A stretch of DNA of 64,000 nucleotides from NCBI GenBank assembly GCA_973895155.1, contig OZ316899.1:14905874-14969873 (forward strand), written 5' to 3'. This document shows, piece after piece, positions 50,610-61,115 of the stretch. A program made the position numbers and the translations under genes. Positions within the stretch are counted from its first letter, which is position 1, and each line of letters starts with the position of its first letter. The notes under the pieces are model-generated. The model saw only the letters and a list, made by a program, of their open reading frames with translations, was not told the DNA's origin and did no database searches. The stretch is from Marsupella aquatica (Eukaryota > Plantae > Marchantiophyta).

Positions 50610-53600
50610 AGTTATAACTAAGGAAATTAAAAAGTAAAAAAAAAATGAAAATTTTCATCTTTTAGTGGTTAACGGAGTATACTAAGACCAGAAAGGACAA
50701 TTAAAACTAAATTGCAGAATGAAATCCAGAAATCTTCGAATAACACCCTTTTTGGAACTTTAAAGTAGCGGAACCATTGAACCATGAGAGAGGGCGTGGA
50801 AGAATGAATATTAAAACCATAAGTCTGACATTTGACCAAAGACCGGAAGTTGGTGATCGAGTTCTTAAGACCAAGCCAGATCGAGCATTCCTCACACCAC
50901 CAAACTACTATGGAAATCTTTTGCGAGAAGTCACAAGAGAGAATAGAGCCGAATGAGGCTGCCGATTCAAGGCATTAGTTGTAAGGAAGTTGGTTATGGG
51001 GGAAGTGGGTGATCGTTTGATTGAGTGGGGCAGTGGCACTTTGATTCCAAATTCCGAATCTGAGATTTCCGGAGTTTTGTGAAAGGGTTTGACATTTGTT
51101 TTCTTTACTTCCCTTGTTCATCATGGTGAAGCAAAGGATACGGATTTTGCCCCAGACAAATCCAGAATCCGGACGCTACCAAAGCGGGCAACTAAGGAGC
51201 GGATAGTCATTGTTAACAAGAAGCCGCTGCGTCCGGAGATTCCTACGGATCCGGAAAGGAAGGACCGTTTATAGAAGAACCTTGAGGCCATGGGCTGCGC
51301 AAAGTTGATGGAATTGCCATGGGGATATCAGAGTGCAGTGTTCATGAAGGAGGTCTGCCACCCTTGCTTTGGATTTTTTGGATTCTTTCAAAGGAAATCC
51401 GGAAAAGTGGACTGCGGCTGTCATCTCCTCATTGCTAGATGTGCCATTGAAGGGAGAGAGTTTTATGACTTTGAAGGAGAATTACGCTGACAATTACTTT
51501 GATGGTGAGGTTGATCCAAAGGATGGCTGGAAGATGTCTCAGTGCCTGAATGAGGAGTTCTTTGATGTCCTAGCCTTCTTGTTGCCCATTCTATCCCCTG
51601 CCAAACCTCGTCGTGTTCCGGATTGGGAACACCATTGCTGCTTACTACGTGGGTGAGAAGTAGATTTCTTGGGCGAAGGTGTTGGAGGAAGTCATTGCTA
51701 AAGAAGTCTGGAATCTTCACTTGAAGACTCCCACCTCCCTTTTGTGTTACCTAGCGAACCTCTACTCCATGGACTGGATTTTGACAGATGAAGAGGCAGA
51801 TGAATACGAGAACCAAGCCATGTTGGCTCAACTCGGAGATCCGGATCGACAACCATCTGAGGGGATTGAGTTAGAAGAAGAACCAGTTGTTGAAGTCCGA
51901 CCCCCTAGGAACCGGAAGAGGTTAGTTCAGAGTTCGGAACTGGAACCTGCTATCCAGAGACCGGAAAGCAGAGGAAGTCTTTCGGGCGTGACGGCATCAG
52001 CAGAGTTGGAGCATGTCCTGATTTTTGTGGAGAGTGCAACCGGAAAGACGAAGCAACTAGAGGAACTGGTTGGGAAGGTTGCCGAGATGCTTAACTGCAG
52101 TCTGGTTGTCATCATTTCCACTTTGGATATGGTGATTAAAAGTCAGGCCAAGAAGAGGATCTGGGACTTGGAAGACCAAGCAGACAAGGACAGAAGGAAG
52201 ATTGATTCCTTGGTGGACCAGTTGGATGTTGCACAGAAGAAGTTGGAGGAGCATCTGAAAATCCAAAAATTACTGAATGCAGCTGTCACTACTATTTAGG
52301 AAGCGCTTCGTGTTCCGACCTTGGACTTGGTTGAGACCAATCTGATTGATAAGTATTTAGCCATAGCCAACCCAGACACCCTTGCCAAGGTTATTGAGTG
52401 TAATAACCGGTTTGCTAAGAAGATCATAGGAGCATTCGACCAGATGGAGAAAGTTATTGCGAATGTGAAGTCAATGCTTGCACCTGCTCGAGTCCGGATT
52501 CCGGAAGCCGGAATGTCTGATGCAGAGGGCACTCCACCTAGATTTGAAAAGGTTAAGTTGAGTTCCATTTTCCATCCGTGTCGCCTTTGACTATCAGTCC
52601 CACACACAGCTTTACTTTGGATTTGAAGGATGTAGAAGCTACTACAAGTTTAGGGACGCCTACTTCCCAGGAGCCGACTTGTCCGGTTGATGGTACACAT
52701 GAGCCAATTAGAGTAGAAGTAGAAGATGATTCTCTAGTAGGTTAGTAGTTTTTAGTTAGTTAGTTAGAATTTCCAGATCCGGTTATGATTGAATTTTGGA
52801 TGTTTGTAGTAGACCCATAAATCCATTTCCGGATTTTGCCTCATACTCATTTCCGGATTTTAATGACAGTTACTTTTTCCCCCATAAAAACCGGAAATGG
52901 CACTTTGTCTTTTGGGATCTTTCCCCCTTTTCCTCTAGCATCTTAAGTAGGATGACAGTTAACTTTCCTTTTCAGGTTTTCAGATTCTGTTGGAAGCCTC
53001 GTAGCTCCTCCTCAAGTGCTCCTGTTGAGCCTGGACCTGTTTGGAGTAGAACTGGAACTCCTTCTCCTATTGAGAAGTAAAGATCTTAGTAATTTTGAGA
53101 CTCTATTTTGACAATTTGATGGAGATTTGACTTGCTTCATGTTGAATTCTTTGTGACATTCAAGTACCATTGTTGCGGTAATTACAATTGAATGTTAAAT
53201 TTCCATGACCATCAATCAAAATCAAATTGAGAAACTACTTGACAATTTAGTGATTGTAGTGTTGAGAAGTTATTAAATCAAGAATTTCAGTACCGCCCTA
53301 CTTTGTTGACCTGAAAGGATTCTTGGATTCATAGTTGTTGTTCTCCACTGCAATTTCTATTTAATGTGGTTATCCATTCTGAAATTCGGTTTAAGCTCTA
53401 ATGTATTTTGAATCTTAAAAGAACTAGGGTCCTGTTGATCTTCTGGAGGTCGTCAGATTACATTACCTTATGCTGCAGACCAATTGAAAGGATATTCTCA
53501 CTAGTCTTTTTCATGCCCTTTCTTTAATTGTTAGTTTTCTTCATTGATTGCTATCAATCCTCTGGAGAGAGAACTCTCTGGCGAGGTTATGCCAAATCAA

Positions 53601-53718
53601 CATCTTATTTGTTCTTTTCAGTACCACTTTGTTTTTCATTAACTCTTACAGGGTACAAATTCAGGTCTTTAGAAGTTAAAGTGTTATTTAACAATCTGAC
53701 CACTCTACCATAGTTACT
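50610..53718 (-). mobile_element. 3.1-kb 5' LTR (family B) with AGT...ACT termini, containing an antisense ORF; truncated internal region extends to about 49820
   Basis: Minus strand reads AGTAACTATGG (53718) ... TTATAACT (50610), then G, then PBS TGGTATCACAGCAAT (50608-50594). The segment is absent from the sister copia at 37858. Confidence 0.68.
51123..52590 (+). pseudogene. Decayed accessory gene (plant-transposon-type domain plus coiled coil) inside the family B LTR
   Basis: KLMELPWGY, FKGNPEKWTAAVIS, YFDGEVDPKDGWKMSQC..VLAFLLPILSPAKPRRV, then heptads (LEDQADKDRRKIDSLVDQLDVAQKKLEE). Confidence 0.75.
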
Positions 53719-53956
53719 ATTGCGGAATTTTTTCAGGACCTAAGATAGTTGACGGGGGTCAAAACGGCCATTTTGACCCCCCTCCGGTCTGGGTTGAATA
53801 AGTTTTTTGTCAAATCGTTTTCAGATCTTGGCAGTGTACCTTGCAGGCTACGCAGCGGTGCATTCTATTTCGACTTTTGCCAACTTTCATTTTTTGGTGA
53901 AGTTTTGGGTGGAGGTATTTTGGTTGTGTGTTTCCTGTGTGTTTGTAGCAGCATCA

Positions 53957-56900
53957 ATGACTTCAAGAAAACTTGCGGCGCCAAAGTTTGAGGTGGAGAA
54001 GTTTGATGGGAAGGTTAGCTTCAGCCTCTGGACTCAGAAGGTGACCAACGTGTTGATCCAACAAGGTCTCGAGAAGACCCTCACTAGAGTGAAATTCTTG
54101 AATCTAACAGATGAGGAGTGGGAGGACATGTCGGTGCAGGCGTGTAGCACAATTGAGTTGTTCTTGGCAAACAACATTCTCAAGAACGTGTTGGGGATGG
54201 ATCGTAATGCCAAGAAGATCTGGGATATGCTTACTCAGCTATACCAAAGTACTTTGTTGACTACTTGCATTTATCACTTGGAGCAACTGTTCAGGTTGAA
54301 GTTGAAGGATGGTGGCAACATGCGTGATCACCTCAGCCTCTTAGATGAGATTGTGCACAAGGTGACCACGGCGGGAGACAAGTTGACCAATGAGTATCTT
54401 GCGATGCATTTGTTGATGTCGCTTCCTCAGACCTATTCAACATTGGTGACGATCATCACACATGACAAGTCTACGTTGAAGCTGGATGAGGTGAAGGCGA
54501 CTGTTCTTGCAGAATGGGGCAAGTGACAACTTTTTGGCCATGACAATGAGTCTGCTGCCTTAGTGGTTAGAGGTAGATCGACGGAGCATACTGTCTACAG
54601 ATCAGTCTAGATCTAAATCACACAGTAAATCTAAATCCAAGTCCCGTAGTAAGAAACTTCAGTGTTGGCATTGCCATGAGAAGGGCCACACCAAGTGAAA
54701 TTGTCCTTCTCTGTCAAAGCAGAAGCGTCCTACTTCCAATGGTGCGTCCTCATTGTCAGTTGGTATTGTGATTGCTGATAATGAGGATGTTGTTGAAGTG
54801 CTATGTATTGGTGCTATGAATTATGTGTATGACAATAAATGGATGTTGGATTCAGGTTCCTCTTATCACGTGTGTCCAACACAATCGTATTTCTCCACTT
54901 ACCAACCTTGTACCGGTACTGCAAAAATTGGAAATGGTGTCCGATGTGTGATTGTTGGTATGGGCACTATCAAATTCCGGATGTTTGATGGTGTTGTGCG
55001 AGCATTGACGGGAGTCAGACACATACTAGACATCTCTAAGAAGTTGATTTCTCTTGGTGCTTTGGAAGCTGGTGGATCTCATTTCATTGCACGTGATGAT
55101 GCGCTCTTTGTCGTCAAAGATGATGTATCTTTGATTAAGGTGTTATTGAAAAATAATTTGTACATCTTGGAAGGAGATGTCATTGCTCCTAGAGTGGAGC
55201 ATGTGGATTCTGTGGTGGAACGTTCGGATGCAGTGGCAACATCTGTCGCAGAATCATCTTTGGCTGCTTCAATTGAAGCACCCTCAACATCTGGTCGCAC
55301 ACAAGCCATAGATTTGTGGCATGCATGGTTGGGGCACTTGAGTGGTAAAGGATTGGTAGCCTTGGCAAACAGAGATTTGCTGCAAGGCGCTCAATGTGGT
55401 AAACTCTCTTTTTGTGAAGATTGCATCTTTGGCAAGCAGAGGAGAGTGAGTTTCAGCTCTAGTTCATACCATTCTCATAAGATTCTTGAGTATGTATACC
55501 GATGTTTGGGGTCCAGAGCCAAAACCGTCCTTAGGTGGAGCCCGATATTTGGTGACGTTTGTAGATGATTACTCTTGAATGTGTTAGCTGTACTACATGA
55601 AGGAGAAGTCTCAAGTATTTGAGATCTTCAAGGAGTGGAAAGCCATGGTGGAGCTACAGACTGGGAAGGAGTTGAAGTGTGTTTGGTCAGATAATGGTGG
55701 CAAGTATAGGTCCAATGAGTTTGACCAATTTGGTCGGGACCTTGGCCTCAAGCGTCATTATACTGTACCAGGACCCCGCAACAGAATGGAGTTGCAAAAC
55801 GGTTGAATCGGACATTATTGGAGAAAGCACGCAACATGCTTTGTAAGTCCAAATTGCCCATTAATTTTTGGGCTGAAGCTGTCAACCAAGCTGCATACGT
55901 CTACAATCTGTCACCACACAATAGTAAGTTGATGCAGACTCCATTTGAGTTGTGGTATAAGAGACCTGCTGATTACTCTAGACTCCAAGTTTTTGGTTGT
56001 GCTGCCTATGTTCACATTGAGCTGACACACAGGTCTAAGTTGGATCCCAAGTCTAAGAAATGTATTTTTCTAGGCTTTAGTCCTGGGAAAAACGGCTAAA
56101 ATTGTGGGATCCTGTTGATTGCAAGGCAGTTATGAGCAAAAATGTTGTTTTTGACAAAGAATGGTTGTCAAGACCCCAAGATATTCAGGAGGAATAGGTG
56201 GAGGAACCCACTATGGTGGAGCTTGGTGATGATGAGGAAGTTGTTGGTCCCTCTGGTAGAGGTGCAGTTCCTCAACCAAGGCGCTCCACAAGGGCCAATT
56301 TTGGTCAACCCCCTGATAGATTTGGTTTGGAGATCCTTGTGTTCACGTTGTTGAGCATGATGATGATTTTGGTGTTGTTTTGCTCACTGAAGATGGAGAC
56401 CCCTCTAGCTATGAAGAAGCTATGGCCTCTCCAGAGAAGGATAAGTGGATGGAGGCAATGTTGAAGGAGATGAATTCTTTGAAGAAGAATTCAACATGGC
56501 GCTTGACTGACATGCCTCACAGGAAGACACTAGTTCCGTGTAGATGATTGTACAAGAAGAAGCAGGATGGCACTTACAAGGCACGCCTTGTGGCCAAAGG
56601 ATACATCCAAAAGGAGGGCTTGGACTACACAAAGATTTTCTCACCAGTTGTCAAACTCGCTACTATCCGTGTTTTACTTGCGATTGTGGCATTCTATGAT
56701 CTTGAGTTAGATCAGATGGATGTAATTACTGCTTTTCTACATGGATTGCTTGATGTGGAGATTTATATGACTTAGCCTCTAGGTTTTATTGACGAGAAGA
56801 CCAAACATTTGGTGTGTAAGCTCTTGCGCTTGTTATATGGATTGAAGCAGAGTCCCAGACAATGGAATAAGCATTTTGATTCCTTCATGTTGTCTCAGGG

Positions 56901-57975
56901 GTTCACACTCACTGAGTGAACATGATTGTTGTATTTACATGAAGGAGGTGGAGAATTACTCACGCTTTGGTTACATTGTGCTAGCACTGTACGTGGATGA
57001 CATGTTGATCCTGGCTGAGAATAAGTCTGATGTTGCCCATCTGAAAGCAATGTTGAGTAAAGAGTTTTCAATGAAGGACTTGGGTCAGGCCAAGAAGATT
57101 CTAGGGATGGAGATTCATTGTGACAAGGAGCAAAGGCAATTATGGTTGTCTCAGAGGCAGTATTTGGAGAAGGTACTTGCCAAGTATGGAATGGAGAATG
57201 CAAAACCAGTTGGTACTCCATTGGCTTCCCACTTTAACCTCTCAAAGAATGATTGCCCTTCTAGTGAGAGTGATAGGCTGGCGATGAAACATGTTCCCTA
57301 TGATAGTGTCGTGGGTAGTTTGATGTATGCGATGACATGCACTAGACCTGACATTGCCCACACTGTTAGCATTTTGAATAGATTTATGGCAAATCCTGGT
57401 AAGCTTCACTGGGAAGCAGTGAAGTGGGTTTTGCGATATCTAAAAGGTACCTTAGATTGTGGGATCTTATTTGACGGTAAAGCAAACTCTACATTAAAGT
57501 TGGAAGGTTTTGTAGATTCAGATTATGCTGGTAACTTGGATAACAGGAAGTCTACTATAGGCTATATGTTTATGCTCGGTGGAGGTTGTATCAGCTGAAG
57601 TCGACAACTCAATCCTGTGTTGCGTTGTCTACTACTAAGGCTGAGTACATGGCTGCCTATGAGGCAACCAAGGAGCTGATCTGGCTACAAAGATTGGTGA
57701 GTGATCTGGGTCTTTCACCTAAAAGACCGGTGCTGCTGTGTGACAGTCAAAGTGCTTTGCATCTGGCTAGGAACCCTGTGTTCCATGCTAGGACAAAGCA
57801 CATTGATATTCGTTATCACTTCGTCCGTGAGGTGATTGAGACAAAGCAAATGTATCTGGAGAAAGTGGCTTCAGAGGAGAATGTGGCAGACATGCTTACC
57901 AAAGTTTTACCTACTAGTAGCTTTAGTCATTGTGCGGATATTATTAATGTTAGGGCCAAACCGGAGACTATGTAG
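53957..57975 (+). pseudogene. Copia gag-pol (copy 2), disrupted
   Basis: Same motifs as 39205-43247 (WMLDSGSSYH, SDNGGKY, LYVDDMLI, TRPDIAH, RTKHIDIRYHF). Confidence 0.93.
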
Positions 57976-58439
57976 ATATGTTACTTAGTTACACATTGTA
58001 GATCACCTGACTCATTGTGTGAACTGGAGTCAAGGTGGAGATTGTTAGGAATTGACTCTAGTTCCCGACTTAGTTAGTTTGGCCCTACTAGGGTTAGTTA
58101 ACCCTGGATTACATTAGGATAAGATCCACTTAGTTTAGGCTCACACATCTTGGCCTCCTTGGGGGGTATAGGCTAGAGGGAGAGCACTCTCTCCCTCATT
58201 CTTCACATGTACTCTCATTTGCTATGGAGCCTTCAGGAGTTTCTCCACTCGGGGTGTCTCGTCGGTGTAGCGTCTGATTGAATCTCTCTCATGTCTTCGC
58301 ATTACTGTCTAGTCTGGAGCCAACGGTTTCTTACAGATCAAAGTCTCATTTATGAGCAATTGGAACACAACAAGGGGGCCCAGATTAAGTACTTACTAAG
58401 TCTAGATAGTCAGAGTGCGTCACGTCCCAAAGGGGGAAT

Positions 58440-60745
58440 GGTAGTTGGACAGAGTATGTTCCAAGTGAACCAGCTACCAACTCCTCCAACTTACAATGGG
58501 GCCTATGAATAACGTGGACAAACATTCTTGAGTTGGCTCTCCACAATGGAGATTCATCTCCAAGCATGCATAGAGCAATCCACTTGGGCTACCACAACCG
58601 CTCCTTACCTGAAGGACTATACCTTGACTTGGTGCAAGTCTTGGAAGAAGTCGCAAGAGGACTCCTCCTTGCCGTTAACTTGGGAAAACCCGGTTGAGGG
58701 TCTCCGTGCTCATGTCACCACTAAGTACCTAAAGCGACACGCGCAAAAATGTATAACAAAAATGAGCTTTAGTGTGATATCCAAAAGTTTATCACTTATT
58801 ACCAAAACCAGTTGGCGTGTATCCCGGCAGGGCACGAGACCCTACATACGCAGCTTCACAACTTTATAGTGAAGCTCCCGCTGTTGCTCAGGGAAAAATT
58901 ACAGGAAAAATGTCATGAGTTTAAAAAGCTTTTTGACGCCTTTGACAAGGCCACTACCTTGGTGAATAACCGGCCGGACTTGGCAAAGGTGGGTGTCAAG
59001 GGATCCAAAGGGGAAGTTGGGATAGCAAAAGGTCCCGGAAACAAGCATAAGCAACCTAAGGGGGCGGGGACCGGTGGTTTGGATCCTCAACCCCAAAATG
59101 GAGACGCAAAGCGTAACCGGAAAACCAACAACTTTAAGAAAGGACACTCATTGGCGCAAAAAGGAAAAAAGCATGTGCTCACGGAACAGAGGCGGGTAGA
59201 AGGCTCCCGCTTCACGTGTGGCGTCATGGGCCATCAAAGTAAGGATTGTCCCACAAAAGGTGGCAAGCCAAGCAGAGATGGGGGCATAAGAGCTTTATGG
59301 TAAGTATCGCTCTAACCAAACCCTTAGTAGTTGACGAGGTACCTGTATGGGATATTCTTGCCAAAGGGAAGGTATTGTTGCAAGAGAAAGTACCTATTTA
59401 AGGTTAAGACAATGGCTAAAATTTTATAAAAATATAAAATGATTCAAGGAAGACAATGGATCTTGACAAGCTCTGTGAATGTCACTTCTAACGATAATCT
59501 GGGTGTTGCTTTGGTGGATACAAGCGCAACCGCCTACTTCATAAGTAGGCAGGCGGCTGTATGTCTTGGGGTGGATGTGCAAGAGTTATTATAACCATTA
59601 GTGTGCAAGTTTGCCAACGACACAAAAGCGATAGTGTCGAGAGTGGTACATAGACTTTGAGTAGAGGTCATAGGCAAACAGCAAAATTTTGTTCGTTACA
59701 AGATGTTCTACGTTCTAGAAGGTCTAGCCATAGACTTCATTTTGTTGGTAGGTTATCTCAGAAAGTATAGTTGTAACCAGAGGATGAGGTGCTCAATTTT
59801 CCCAATAAGAGCGGTGAGCCCATTGTGGTACACAAAATTACTGAAAATAAAGAAAGATTTCATAAAGTAAGTAAAGTGTTGTGGTTTGTCTTTGTGTGTA
59901 TTGGTGAAGCAATGGTGGAAAGACTTCAAGGGTGGACATGAATGCTTCTTCTTTCATCTCCACCCAGTTAAAGAGGCTGCTAAGCAGCCAAAGGTTAAGT
60001 CAGTTAAGGTTGGGCCCAATTGCAGTTGAATTGAATTCCTGAAATTTTAGAGGAGTTCAATGACGCGCTCTCGTAGAAGCTACCTAAAGGTTTACCCCCA
60101 TGGAGGGAAGTGGATCACCAAGTTGAGTTGGAGCCAGGTTTGGCTCCTCAGGCTAAAGCTCCTTACCATCTAAACCTGAACAAACAAATGATGTTGAAGA
60201 ATGCCTTGGAAGAATTGATCGACCAAGGGTTTGTTTGTCCTAGTAAGAGTCCCTATAGCCAGTGATGTTTGTGTCCAAAAAAGATGGTACTTTGAGGTTG
60301 TGCAGAGATAATTGGGCCCTCAATAAGCAAACGGTAAAGAACAAGTACCCGTTACCTCATATGGATGACCTCTTTGATTGCCTCTCCGGGGCTAAGAAGT
60401 TTTCAAAGGTGGACTTGCAGTTTGGGTATATATTACCAAATCCACATGGCTAAAGGAGATGAGTAAAAGACCGCAATGCACACAAGGTTTGGATCCTACA
60501 AGTTTTTGGTTATGCCGTTTGGGTTGTGTAATGCAACTGCAACATTCATGAAAATGATGAATACCATCTTTCATGACTTGTTGGACCAAGGAGTGGTAGT
60601 CTTTATTGATGACACTTGATCTACTCAAAAATGTTGGAGGAACATGAGCAATTGCTCAGGGAAGTATTCTCTCGCCTTTGTAAGGCTTGTCTCTTTGCTA
60701 AACCTAGCAAGTGTGAGTTTGCGATGAAAAAGATCCTCTTTGACA
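58440..60745 (+). pseudogene. Gypsy gag-protease-RT remnants (chromovirus-like RT)
   Basis: LPTPPTYNG; knuckle FTCGVMGHQSKDCP; protease ALVDTSAT; [56 protein letters not shown]. Ends abruptly at about 60745. Confidence 0.88.
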
Positions 60746-60788
60746 TTAAAGGAGAATCTTGAGTTTCATCTTGGCGGCCTCTCTGAGA

Positions 60789-60869
60789 TTTCCTCAAAGT
60801 TCAGTTTCATCTTAGCGGTGAGTTTCATCTCGGCAAGCACCGCCAAGATGAAACTGAACTTTGAGGAAA
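60789..60869. repeat. 32-bp-stem hairpin built on AGTTTCATCTYRGC repeats
   Basis: TTTCCTCAAAGTTCAGTTTCATCTTAGCGGTG, a 17-nt loop, then CACCGCCAAGATGAAACTGAACTTTGAGGAAA (1 mismatch). Confidence 0.88.
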
Positions 60870-61115
60870 AACAACATGATTTGAGCACATAAAGAGAACA
60901 ACGCACTTAGATTATTTGATTGGCTTAGATAATGTCAACACTTTCATTATTCAAATTTTTTGGTACAAAATTAGTCCATCACGCTAAAACTGAAGGACAA
61001 GGTGATGGTAAATTAATATAATTTTGTAAACTAAACCGACGATGGAGGCTGATGGTCTGTGTGACCTCTATCACATTCCTGCTGAGTCAATGCAGCTAAA
61101 AATTGTCATGATTAG

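Larger units (their letters stand above)
48602..58335 (+). mobile_element. Ty1/copia, Tork/Tnt1-like, decayed (copy 2), with nested insertions
   Basis: 293-bp LTRs at 48602-48894 and 58043-58335; TSD GACCA/GATCA; PBS TGGTATCAGAGC at 49290. The coding region is collinear with copy 1. Confidence 0.94.
46335..60745 (+). mobile_element. Ty3/gypsy element (family A), 3'-truncated, with a nested copia at 48602-58335
   Basis: 5' LTR 46335-47872 (AGTCGTGGA...TCCACCACT); PBS-like TGGTATCAAAAC at 47875. The internal sequence resumes at 58341 with gag, protease and RT remnants. Confidence 0.82.
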
